IMG/VR virus record: IMGVR_UViG_3300045257_000045
Coordinates: 4,092 to 68,091 of that record
Direction: 5' to 3' (one strand)
DNA from: a virus
DNA: 64,000 nt
Positions 30,126-38,563 of this stretch are shown here, in pieces; the first letter of the stretch is position 1, and the number at the start of each line of letters is the position of its first letter. The translations under genes were made by a program, and so were the position numbers. The notes under the pieces were generated by a model that worked only from the letters and a program-made list of their open reading frames with translations, did not search any database and was not told where the DNA came from.

Positions 30126-30412
30126 TGCCGTTTTATTCATACGTCTGCGACAGCACGGTCAATCTACCGTTAGAACACCCTGGACCTGCCTACGTGTTCA
30201 CGGTGTTCTACAAGAGCTTCGCTGAGGCGCTTCCGTTCATCGAGCACACTAAGTGTGACCTGTGTGGCTGGAACGCTACAAGGGTGCAAGAGGCTACGCT
30301 CCCGGCCCACCTCTACGGAGATCCGGCAGGGTACGACAAGCCCTCCCCCACCAAGCGATTCAACACCAAGACCGTCTCGCAGAAAACAGGCAACAACAAC
30401 TCAGTAGGGTGA
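30125..30412 (+). CDS. FmdB-like zinc-ribbon protein (degenerate)
   Basis: MPFYSYVC...KCDLCG. Confidence 0.55.
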   Translation: MPFYSYVCDSTVNLPLEHPGPAYVFTVFYKSFAEALPFIEHTKCDLCGWNATRVQEATLPAHLYGDPAGYDKPSPTKRFNTKTVSQKTGNNNSVG

Positions 30413-30416
30413 CCTA

Positions 30417-30653
30417 ATGCCTAAAACACTCCACCCTAAAGTACGCACCGAGCTTCTGGAGAAGGGGCTCGTGATGCTGGAAACGTTCTCGTACTGCCGA
30501 GAGCAGTACCACCGCGCCGACATAGGGCTGTCTGTAGAACAGAACTTGGTCCGAGAGATGCTCAACGACATCGCCCTGGCTACAGCCTTGGAAGAGCTGG
30601 ACGAGCAGCTTAAACAAAAGCAGATAGAAGCTGCTAAGGAGGACACAGCATGA
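30417..30653 (+). CDS. Hypothetical protein
   Basis: 78-aa ORF coupled to the next gene. Confidence 0.6.
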   Translation: MPKTLHPKVRTELLEKGLVMLETFSYCREQYHRADIGLSVEQNLVREMLNDIALATALEELDEQLKQKQIEAAKEDTA

Positions 30654-31009
30654 AGAAAGCATACTACGCACGGCCCATCAGCATCGATGGTTCACCGCAA
30701 CACGAACGAGACTTGGCTCTCATCTGGGATCTGGGCTTCGAGCCTTACCCGGTCGGTGACACGAAGGCGAAAGCCCTGGAGCAATACAAGGTTGTTGGTA
30801 TGGACGCTTTTAGACCTTACGTAGAGGCGTGCTCTGCCTTGGTCTTCAGAGCATTCCCTGACGGCTCTGTCGGTACAGGCGTCGCCAAGGAAATCGAGTG
30901 GGCGCATCTTACTGGTATTCCGGTAGTCGAGATCCCGCGCCAGATCGAGCGCCGCACGTTAACCGTTAAGCAGACGAAGGACATGTTGGCCGAGCTGGGG
31001 CAGAGGTAG
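30650..31009 (+). CDS. Nucleoside 2-deoxyribosyltransferase-like protein
   Basis: AYYARPI...GTGVAKEIEWAHLTGIPV resembles the NDT/DRHyd signature. Confidence 0.6.
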   Translation: MKKAYYARPISIDGSPQHERDLALIWDLGFEPYPVGDTKAKALEQYKVVGMDAFRPYVEACSALVFRAFPDGSVGTGVAKEIEWAHLTGIPVVEIPRQIERRTLTVKQTKDMLAELGQR

Positions 31010-31013
31010 ACAG

Positions 31014-31619
31014 ATGACACGAGGCACAAAGTCTTTACTGTTCGGAGCGCACGCCTTCTGGCTGCATCCGTTCTTCGTCTACGCCGCCTGGGTCAAGCTC
31101 TACGGTTGGACCTTAGACCCGCGCATCCTCGTCGCCTGCATCGTGCATGACTGGGGCTACGCTGGGTGTGAGGCGATGGACGACGCCAACGGGAAGCAGC
31201 ATCCTCGCTTAGGCGCTAAGATCATGCACTTCTTGTTCGACTGGCACGACGAGGTGCAGATTCACCACGACCCGTGGGTGTCTTACGCGAGGTGGGGGAG
31301 AAGCACCAAATGGCACGACTTCTGCCTCTATCACTCCCGCAGCATGGCGCGGTTGGAAGGTAAGATGCCGTCCAAACTGTGCGCTGCTGACAAACTCGCT
31401 CCGTGCTTGATGCCCGCGTGGCTGTACATCCCGATGGCGAAGTTGTCCGGTGAGATTTGGGAATACATGGAGGAAGGACAGAAGGTAGATATGGGGGAGC
31501 ACGTAGACTGGCTGACATACCTGTTCATGACATCGGACGTGCCGGGTCATTGGTTCAGAGGGCTCCAGCGCTACATGGCGTCGTGGGTTAAGAGCTACAT
31601 GGAAAAGGAGACCGCGTGA
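31014..31619 (+). CDS. HD-domain phosphohydrolase
   Basis: H...IVHDWG...QHP...YHSR...ADKL. Confidence 0.75.
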   Translation: MTRGTKSLLFGAHAFWLHPFFVYAAWVKLYGWTLDPRILVACIVHDWGYAGCEAMDDANGKQHPRLGAKIMHFLFDWHDEVQIHHDPWVSYARWGRSTKWHDFCLYHSRSMARLEGKMPSKLCAADKLAPCLMPAWLYIPMAKLSGEIWEYMEEGQKVDMGEHVDWLTYLFMTSDVPGHWFRGLQRYMASWVKSYMEKETA

Positions 31620-32776
31620 GTAAGTCAAACTACGTTCAACAGGTGGTGCTGGAGAAGCTACGCTTCGGGATGCAATCAGTGCTGCCATTAGCCGACATGA
31701 GAGCCGAGGCAGACTTCGACATACTGGCACGGGCGATGATCTTCTCTGCTAGTGGCTACATCGCATCTCTGCGCGACAAGTCTACCTCCTATCCGGCAGA
31801 CTGGTGGCAGGCGTTCAAGGCTAGATGGTTCCCGCAGTGGCTGAAGGAGCGCTACCCGGTTATGACCTTGTCTATTAGCCACTACAAGGTCTGCCCTCAC
31901 CTGGACACGGCCAGCCAGTACGACCATCTGAGCTTCTTCATCCAAGAGCCGGGACAGTCGTTGGGGAATATACTGTGAGGTTCCTAAAACGTTGGGTGCA
32001 GGTATGCGGAGTGTACGCCGCTATTGGGGGAGTTGCCTACGCTGTGGCGGAAACCTTGATTTGGCTCAGTAAGCACTTCGGCCAAGACTATGTTGCGGCC
32101 ACCTTTTTGTTCTTGATTGCTACTATCTTCACAGCGTTCATGTGGGACATAGACGGCAGGAGGTCTAAGTGAAGTTCCTGAAGTATTGGGTAGTGGCTAT
32201 GTTCGTGGTGACTGCCTTTATGGGGGTATCTTATGGGTTATTCGCCTTTTTGTGTTGGTTGTCTCTGTACGTAAGCCTTGACCATATCTACGGCGCTTTG
32301 GTGTTTCTTGCTGTGACCGCGTTTCTTGCGTGGGTAGTGTCAGCCGAAGGTGGTGGCTGGTGAAGCGCGTCTACGCCACGAACAACAACTGTCTCCAGGC
32401 GGCTATCGCGTCCGTCCTGGAGATCCCGCTGAAGGAAGCTCCCAACGTGGCGTGCCTTCCTTCGGGCTCTGTCAACAAGAACTACATGGAGGACATCGTC
32501 AGATGGGCGAAGAGACGCGGCCTGGGCGTCGTCCACTTCTGGTGGACCGACAAAGTCAGACTGGTCATACCGTCCTTATTCGACGTGTGGGTGGTGGCGA
32601 TAGGCCACAACAAGAACTGTGAACACGACGAGTCCCACGCTGTGGTTTGCAGGGCGCTCACCGAGGACGGGGAAGTGTCTTTGACGTTTGAGCACGACCC
32701 TGCCAGAACCAAGCTCTTCGTAGACCCCATCGAGCACTGCTTCTTCTTCGTACCGCTGAGGCCGGTAAAACTATGA
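31616..32776 (+). other. Hypothetical genes (31616-31978; two 2-TM membrane proteins 31975-32172 and 32169-32363; about 32360-32776)
   Basis: GTGA-coupled ORFs; hydrophobic profiles. Confidence 0.65.
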
Positions 32777-33492
32777 GCAATATCCTTATCTCCGTAGTCC
32801 ACCCAACAGCACGCGTCAAACCCTCCGCAGGCTTTCCAAGAGGCTGGGTAGACGCTATGCTCAATTTCTACGAGCGGTGCGCGGAGCCGAGCCGCGTTGA
32901 GTACATCCTGGTTGTTCATGAGTCTAGGTGGGACGAGTTCTGGGGCACCGGAACAAACGCTGTAGACATCTCTTGGGGGTCTACCAACGTAATCAAGAAC
33001 CCCTACAGAGACTGCGTCGTTGACCAGCTCAACGTTGGGTGCGCTGCCGCCGACAAGTCCTCCAAGGTTCTGATAGCGACTATGGACGACCTCCGAGCCC
33101 CTAAGGACTGGGACAGGCTGATAGTGGAGTCGTTCCCAGACCTGGACACCCCGCACGTCGTTCAGTATTCGTCATGCTCACCCCGCGACGGGGACTTGAT
33201 CGTGGCTGGGGCTATAACCAGGGCGCGGTACGAGTCTGTAGGCTACTGCTTGCACCCCGATTACACCAGCATGTACGCAGACGACGACTTCACCACAGTG
33301 GCTAGGCGTGACGGAGTGATGCTGGAAGCCAAGAACATCCAGTTCGAACACCTCCACCCAGGCTTCGGCAAGGGGCAGTGGGACGAGATCTACGAAAACC
33401 AGAACAGCGAAGCAAACCTCAAGCACGGCATAGAAACGTTCAAACGACGCATCAAAGAAGGATTTCCACCCTATGACATGGTCAAACGCTAA
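32773..33492 (+). CDS. Glycosyltransferase family 2-like protein
   Basis: ISVVHPT, ATMDDL, HPDYTSMYADDDF, FEHLHP. Confidence 0.75.
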   Translation: MSNILISVVHPTARVKPSAGFPRGWVDAMLNFYERCAEPSRVEYILVVHESRWDEFWGTGTNAVDISWGSTNVIKNPYRDCVVDQLNVGCAAADKSSKVLIATMDDLRAPKDWDRLIVESFPDLDTPHVVQYSSCSPRDGDLIVAGAITRARYESVGYCLHPDYTSMYADDDFTTVARRDGVMLEAKNIQFEHLHPGFGKGQWDEIYENQNSEANLKHGIETFKRRIKEGFPPYDMVKR

Positions 33493-33754
33493 GCACATCA
33501 CTTTAAAATCACTCCAGGACATGCTGGCAGGACTGCCACCGGTTCCCGACGACGTGGTGGTGCGTGCGCACCCCGCTGACGTAGCGAGGGGCTTGCTGGT
33601 CTTCCTACAGCCTAAACCGAATCATGGTCTGCTCACCTCAATGGGCGGTCTGCCGGTGTATGAGGACAAATCTACGCCTGAAGGCACTGCGGTCCTGTGG
33701 AACAAGACGAAGGACACCGTCGAACTCATCGACATCAGCGGGGTGAAGGCATGA
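33473..33754 (+). CDS. Small protein resembling an HK97-fold capsid A-domain fragment
   Basis: ITLKSLQDMLAGL...VRAHP...GLLTSMGGLPVYEDKSTPEGTAVL. Confidence 0.55.
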   Translation: MTWSNAKHITLKSLQDMLAGLPPVPDDVVVRAHPADVARGLLVFLQPKPNHGLLTSMGGLPVYEDKSTPEGTAVLWNKTKDTVELIDISGVKA

Positions 33755-34329
33755 ACCTAGACTTCAACAAGCTGCGGAAGGCGCTCGTGGAGCGACCTAA
33801 CACGGGCCACGACGTTACGGTCTTCGTTCACCCAGACGACCTTAAAGCAATGGCTCTGTTTTACGGGCAGTCGATACCTTTCGGCGCGTGGCCTGCTGTT
33901 TCGCACTTTGTCGGCTACTCCCTCAAGAGGGCTGGTCTGCTTGCGAAGCGCGGCGAGGCCAAGATATTCGACGCCACCGTCCTCACGTTGCAGATCGTGG
34001 ACCTCAAAGCCGATGTGTGCAGCAAACCTGGGTACGGCTGTTGCGACGGCAATATGGTTGAAGGCCACGCAGACACCTGCAAACACGCGGACGGAGTAGC
34101 GCCGCCGCCCAACGAAGCCCGCAAGCAGGAGTTGCAGCACGAGGTCTGGCATCTCAAGAACGTCATCACGGAGCAGGACAAGGCTCTGGCTCACTGGCGG
34201 AAGGAGGCCGACAAGGACGCTGCCAAGATGGCTGAGCTTCGTCTTGAGAACTACCGCCTAGGGACTGAGCTGGTGTGGGCTAAGGAAACAGGCAAGCAAC
34301 TGGTGGAGATACTGAGGGGTAAACTCTGA
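33751..34329 (+). CDS. Capsid-A-domain-like N-terminus + Cys/His motif + coiled coil
   Basis: LDFNKLRKAL...VFVHPDD...HFVGYSL...GEAKIFD; start re-called at ATG 33751. Confidence 0.5.
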   Translation: MNLDFNKLRKALVERPNTGHDVTVFVHPDDLKAMALFYGQSIPFGAWPAVSHFVGYSLKRAGLLAKRGEAKIFDATVLTLQIVDLKADVCSKPGYGCCDGNMVEGHADTCKHADGVAPPPNEARKQELQHEVWHLKNVITEQDKALAHWRKEADKDAAKMAELRLENYRLGTELVWAKETGKQLVEILRGKL

Positions 34330-34598
34330 TGTGGGAATGTTGCGACGAAGCTAGGAGGTTGGGGTGGAATGGCATGGTGAGGATGATTGTGCTAGGGTGG
34401 AAGACACCTAGAGAATCCTCGGTCGTCATCGAGATCTGCCCGTACTGCGACAAGGTTCTCCGAGGTGGAGATTCCGGAGCGGCGTAGTGCCGCCAGGGAT
34501 AAACCCCAGATTACACTTCCATGTCAGAATGTGTACCTTTAGTACTAGCAATAGCCATTTCGGGCTATGCGTAATCTGTTTGGAGTGATACACTTACC

Positions 34599-34823
34599 TT
34601 GTCTATGCACCTTCATAATATAATAGAGGTCTTGGAGAAGGCCATACAACATTTGCGGGACGCCGTCGAGTCTTTGAAGAAGGCCGACGTTCTATTGGCG
34701 GGGGTAGACATAGCCGTCCTGGAAGGAATAGTAGCCCCGCCTACCAAGGGCTCAAAGACCTCTGCGTCATTGAAGAGGTCTTGGGAACGACGCAAGCAGA
34801 GCGAGGAGCCCGAAACCTCATAG
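34599..34823 (+). CDS. Hypothetical protein at the convergence of the two arms
   Basis: 74-aa ORF ending against the last - strand gene. Confidence 0.4.
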   Translation: MSMHLHNIIEVLEKAIQHLRDAVESLKKADVLLAGVDIAVLEGIVAPPTKGSKTSASLKRSWERRKQSEEPETS

Positions 34824-35516
34824 AATCCTCAGAGCAACCCTCCCACCAAGATCCACCCACATCCTCAGCTTCTGCCACAGCGTCTTGGGCTTGACGAACT
34901 CGTCGGCCTCTGCGTGTACGTCCTTGGCAATCCCATCTACACTCTGCCCGATCCCCACAAACGCCTTGGACATCTCCGGTGCGGCTTTGCCGACAGCCTC
35001 GGAGGTCACAGCAATTCCGACAGCCGTCACGTTCGCAGTCTGTACGAATGCGTTCAGATCAGGATAGAGGTCGTCCAGCGAATCCTTGGCATCCCCCACA
35101 AGCGCCGTTGAGGCGTCTCCCAGCTTTGTGTAGCTTGCCAGGACCGGGTCCAGCTTGCTCCCCAGGCCGGTGACGGTGCCGTTCATGGCCGTGAGCTGCT
35201 TGTCGGCTTTGTCCGCAACGTTGGTGACGACGGCCTGGACGGAGGTGAGCTGCTTGTCGGCCTTGACCAGCGCAGAGGACACCTGAGCCATGAGGGCGTC
35301 CCGCAGAGGTAGCTTACCGTACAACGCCTTGCTCTGCGGATCTCCGTTGACGGTCTTCGTGACGGCGTCGAGGACTGGGTCCACACGATCGGTCAGAGCC
35401 TGGGCGACGACTGCACGGCTGCGGTAGCCTAGCCAGGAGATCGTGGTGAGGGTGCCGAAGAAGGCGAAGACGGACAGCAGGGCGAGGACTACGAAGATGT
35501 CTTTAACTGTCCTCAT
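34818..35516 (-). CDS. Membrane-anchored coiled-coil protein (possible spanin-like)
   Basis: N-terminal TM helix, long amphipathic helix with KADKQLT repeat, end of the lysis region. Confidence 0.6.
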   Translation of the reverse strand: MRTVKDIFVVLALLSVFAFFGTLTTISWLGYRSRAVVAQALTDRVDPVLDAVTKTVNGDPQSKALYGKLPLRDALMAQVSSALVKADKQLTSVQAVVTNVADKADKQLTAMNGTVTGLGSKLDPVLASYTKLGDASTALVGDAKDSLDDLYPDLNAFVQTANVTAVGIAVTSEAVGKAAPEMSKAFVGIGQSVDGIAKDVHAEADEFVKPKTLWQKLRMWVDLGGRVALRIL

Positions 35517-35847
35517 ACGTTACACCAGCTCCGTGAGCGGCAGACATGCGCGTGTTGTAAACCGCCTCCGCGCCTACCATCTCATCAACCACGTACGCGT
35601 CAACAGCAAAGCCTCGCATAGAATCCAGGCTCCTGCTCGACTTGAACTCGATCACGCTTCCGTTGCTTAGAAGGAGCTTGTTGTCAGACCGGCGCAGTGT
35701 GACGTTGTCGTCCCAAGGTTGCAGCAGCTTCATGGTGTCATCCATAAGGTTCACGCACTGATTGTGGGTCAAGCCGACCACCCAGTTCCGCGAACCAGCG
35801 TGGGACAACGCGTGTAGTGCTATGAAGTGTAGTTTTCCAGGTGTCAT
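35503..35847 (-). CDS. Mini-protein resembling the terminase large-subunit ATPase core
   Basis: WVVGLTHNQ...LSNGSVIEFKS...DSMRGFAVDAYVVDE; only 114 aa; AAAGGA RBS. Confidence 0.7.
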   Translation of the reverse strand: MTPGKLHFIALHALSHAGSRNWVVGLTHNQCVNLMDDTMKLLQPWDDNVTLRRSDNKLLLSNGSVIEFKSSRSLDSMRGFAVDAYVVDEMVGAEAVYNTRMSAAHGAGVTYEDS

Positions 35848-35869
35848 GTTAGTTTCCTTTTGAAATGAT

Positions 35870-35911
35870 GAAAAGCCCAGGCCGCAGACTTGTTAGGGTC
35901 TACGCCTGGGC
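35870..35911 (-). terminator. Intrinsic terminator
   Basis: On - strand GCCCAGGCGTAGAC...GTCTGCGGCCTGGGC followed by TTTT. Confidence 0.75.
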
Positions 35912-35917
35912 GTTGTC

Positions 35918-36022
35918 TTACTTAGCAGCGACGATGTGAACATCCCAGGGATCGGGAGGAACGGTAGGGCCGTGTGCGACGGCAAGAGCCGCCAGTGTGA
36001 GTGCGAGTAAAATCATCTTCAT
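35918..36022 (-). CDS. 34-aa secreted peptide precursor (MKMILLALTLAALAVA-HGPTVPPDPWDVHIVAAK)
   Basis: AAGGA RBS, Sec-type signal with AVA cleavage motif, terminator immediately after. Confidence 0.7.
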   Translation of the reverse strand: MKMILLALTLAALAVAHGPTVPPDPWDVHIVAAK

Positions 36023-36038
36023 TGTTTGGGTGTCCTTG

Positions 36039-36257
36039 TCACGGCTTAGGCTCTTCTGGCTTGGGCTCTGCCATCGGGGGCTGCTTGCGGGAGCCCATTG
36101 ACCGGGCAAGAACACCGGTTCCGAAGATGACCAAGTCGTGTGCGATCTGCGGGCGCTGCGTGTTGTCCACGAGAATAACGCCGGTCGCTATGAGCATCAG
36201 GCTGACCATGTGGTAGCCAGCCTCGCGCTCCAGGAACATTGCGAAACGAGTCAGCAT
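36039..36257 (-). CDS. Putative holin
   Basis: 72 aa, two hydrophobic segments, charged C-terminus, near the endolysin. Confidence 0.5.
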   Translation of the reverse strand: MLTRFAMFLEREAGYHMVSLMLIATGVILVDNTQRPQIAHDLVIFGTGVLARSMGSRKQPPMAEPKPEEPKP

Positions 36258-36265
36258 ATTTATCC

Positions 36266-36772
36266 TTACTTGCTTGTCCTAAACACAACGCCAATCTGGG
36301 GAACTACATTCCACGAGGAGTTGATCCACAGCAGACGGGGCGCAAACAGGATGGCCACGTTGGGGCGAACTTCGTACGCCAGCGTCGCCGCCAAACTTCC
36401 TGCAAAAGACATGCTCAATCCGCTGGGCACAGCTTGGTTCATCCCGATACCCGCGTCGCCGCCAGCCAGGAACGTCAACTTGCCGCTGGTGAACACGACG
36501 CGGTGAAGACCCTGTCTGATAGAGGCTGTGAACGCGTAGTAGTCCCGCTTTGTCGTTGGGTCTGTGCGAAGGACGGGCGTGATGTCTGCGGTCGTGCTGG
36601 TGTACATCCTTATGGAAGACAGAGCCGGGTAAATAGCCGTGATCCACAGTGTTGTGCGCGGCGTTCCGATCTGGTTGAACGCTACTCCCCCGCCTGCAAA
36701 GGTGGGGAGTGTCGCCGTTTGCGCCGACGCCGTTAGGCACAACGCTAAAATGAGTGCTAGTCGGTGTATCAC
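36266..36772 (-). CDS. Exported outer-membrane beta-barrel-like protein
   Basis: GTG start with GGAG RBS; signal peptide IHRLALILALCLTASA; alternating amphipathic strands ending QIGVVF. Confidence 0.55.
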   Translation of the reverse strand: MIHRLALILALCLTASAQTATLPTFAGGGVAFNQIGTPRTTLWITAIYPALSSIRMYTSTTADITPVLRTDPTTKRDYYAFTASIRQGLHRVVFTSGKLTFLAGGDAGIGMNQAVPSGLSMSFAGSLAATLAYEVRPNVAILFAPRLLWINSSWNVVPQIGVVFRTSK

Positions 36773-36936
36773 AGGGCTCCTTCGCGCAGGTTCTTCTCGT
36801 CCAGCTCGTCCAAAAACTTCTTGGCTTCGGCCATCTCCGCGTCGGCGTCCTGCGCTGCTGTGGGCCAACCCTCCGCTTCGAACTTCTCCAACTCTTCCGC
36901 GATCTTTTCTTCCTTGGTCTTCTCTACATCGCTCAT
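36769..36936 (-). CDS. Small acidic protein (55 aa)
   Basis: MSDVEKTKEEKIAEELEKFEAEGW..., GGGAG RBS, GTGA coupling. Confidence 0.6.
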   Translation of the reverse strand: MSDVEKTKEEKIAEELEKFEAEGWPTAAQDADAEMAEAKKFLDELDEKNLREGAL

Positions 36937-36949
36937 TGTGTTCTCCCTG

Positions 36950-37465
36950 TCACGCCGACCTGAACAGTTCCGCTGTCCTCGTGTTTCGCTCTTCGGATAT
37001 TCCGATGCGGTGGCAGACCTCGGCGCACCGCTTCCAGTTCCTAGCGTCTAGCGCCGCCTTGAGGTGCTGGAACTTGGCGAACCCCGCCAGCCCAAGGTTG
37101 TAGGCCATGTCGAACACAGCCTCCTGGACAAACTCCGGGTAGCTTAGGTACGGAACAACCAGCCGCAGTTCCTTCAAGAACTTGGCCGTGTCGTCGTACA
37201 GCACCGCGTCTATGTCTGCCTCAGCCAACCTAGTCTTGCAGAGGTGCTCGTAATGCGCGGCAGGGTGTCCCACCTCAGACGCTGATACCAAGTGAAAGTC
37301 GAAGGCGAGGTCACAGGCCGGTTCGAAAGGCAGAAGCATAGCGTGCTTGAGGCTAGGCAGCATGTGGCCTACGCCGACAGTGACGTTACCTCTGGTGTCT
37401 AGGTAGAGGTGGTTCACCCTGCCCTCTGCCTCTTCGGTTAGCTTTTTCAGTGCCTCTAGGTTCAT
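36950..37465 (-). CDS. Endolysin, GH24/T4-type lysozyme
   Basis: EG-x-LYLDTRG-x-TVGVGH (E-8x-D-5x-T triad); DMAYNLG. Confidence 0.9.
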   Translation of the reverse strand: MNLEALKKLTEEAEGRVNHLYLDTRGNVTVGVGHMLPSLKHAMLLPFEPACDLAFDFHLVSASEVGHPAAHYEHLCKTRLAEADIDAVLYDDTAKFLKELRLVVPYLSYPEFVQEAVFDMAYNLGLAGFAKFQHLKAALDARNWKRCAEVCHRIGISEERNTRTAELFRSA

Positions 37466-37692
37466 CGTTCTCCTCGGTACTCTGTGTCAACTGCCTTCTC
37501 CAACTCGCGCCATGCTGTCTTGACCGTCTGCCACGCAGCCACTTCAGGCACCGATATCGTGTCGGGGTTGTTAACCCGTTCGTTGCGCAGCTTAGCCCAG
37601 GAGCCGTACGCCACCGCAAAGCGATTGCCCACTTCCCAGGCGGGGGCGGCGGCGTTGAGCGCTAGGCACACAAACAACAGCAGACCCCTCAC
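37462..37692 (-). CDS. Small exported protein
   Basis: GTG start; signal-like RGLLLFVCLALNA. Confidence 0.5.
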   Translation of the reverse strand: MRGLLLFVCLALNAAAPAWEVGNRFAVAYGSWAKLRNERVNNPDTISVPEVAAWQTVKTAWRELEKAVDTEYRGER

Positions 37693-37849
37693 GTTCCTAG
37701 ACCTTCCGCCGTGTCCTGCATGTGCCGTGCTAGTTCCCTCTCCAGCTTCGCCACTTCCTGCGGTGTGCCGACCTCTCCCGCTGAGCCGTTGAGAAGCGTG
37801 TAGGCGTAGCACACAATCCGTTCCAGACGGATGATTCTTTGTTTGTCGG

Positions 37850-38536
37850 TTAGAGCACCCACGAAGGTTCCTCCTCTTCGTCGCTTATGAATGTCCCGGT
37901 GACCTTCTCAACGACGGCTTGGAACACTGTCTCGGCGTCGCTCCGCAACCCGTCCAAGTCGCCATCGGCCACTCTAATCTCGAAGTCGAACTTTGAATTG
38001 ATAAGAGCGACTTCGCCAGCGTGGTTGGGGTCTCTCCCGTCGTTGACTGTGTAGCCTTCGCGGGTTACCTTCACCGTGTAGCCTTGCGACGACTTGATCC
38101 ACCAAAACTCGTTCAAGAAGCGCACGTCGGTCACTAGCGCAATCTGCGGCTTATCAGCTTCGACCCTATACCTCAGAGCGTTGACATAATAGAATTCGTC
38201 CTCGGCGCGTATGTACTCCGAGGCAAAGACTTGCAGGTGCTTCCCGAACCACGTCTTGTTTTCTGCGATCCACGCCAGTTTCTCCGCACTCGTGGCGCAG
38301 TCTATTGGGATGAGTGGCACAGGCATTAGACCGTACGCCACGGTCTGCGCGGCAACCTCGCTCGACCAGTACGGGTGGCACGGCTGGAGCAGCAAATCGT
38401 ACCACTGCTCCTTCAGCATGTCCGCGAAGGCGTAGCGCCTAACGTCGTAACGCCCTCCGTAGGTCTTTATCAAGTGGGCTACAGCTTCGTCTTTGCCTTG
38501 TCTGGCGCGGTGACCGAATCCGATAATCAATGACAT
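37850..38536 (-). CDS. Deoxynucleoside monophosphate kinase
   Basis: IIGFGHRARQGKD, AFADMLK, VTDVRFLNE. Confidence 0.87.
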   Translation of the reverse strand: MSLIIGFGHRARQGKDEAVAHLIKTYGGRYDVRRYAFADMLKEQWYDLLLQPCHPYWSSEVAAQTVAYGLMPVPLIPIDCATSAEKLAWIAENKTWFGKHLQVFASEYIRAEDEFYYVNALRYRVEADKPQIALVTDVRFLNEFWWIKSSQGYTVKVTREGYTVNDGRDPNHAGEVALINSKFDFEIRVADGDLDGLRSDAETVFQAVVEKVTGTFISDEEEEPSWVL

Positions 38537-38563
38537 GCAATTCCTTTTAGTGTTAAGCAGTTT

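Noticed and set aside
31014-31619. DatZ / Z-genome pathway
   Set aside because: HD domain only; no PurZ or MazZ in the window
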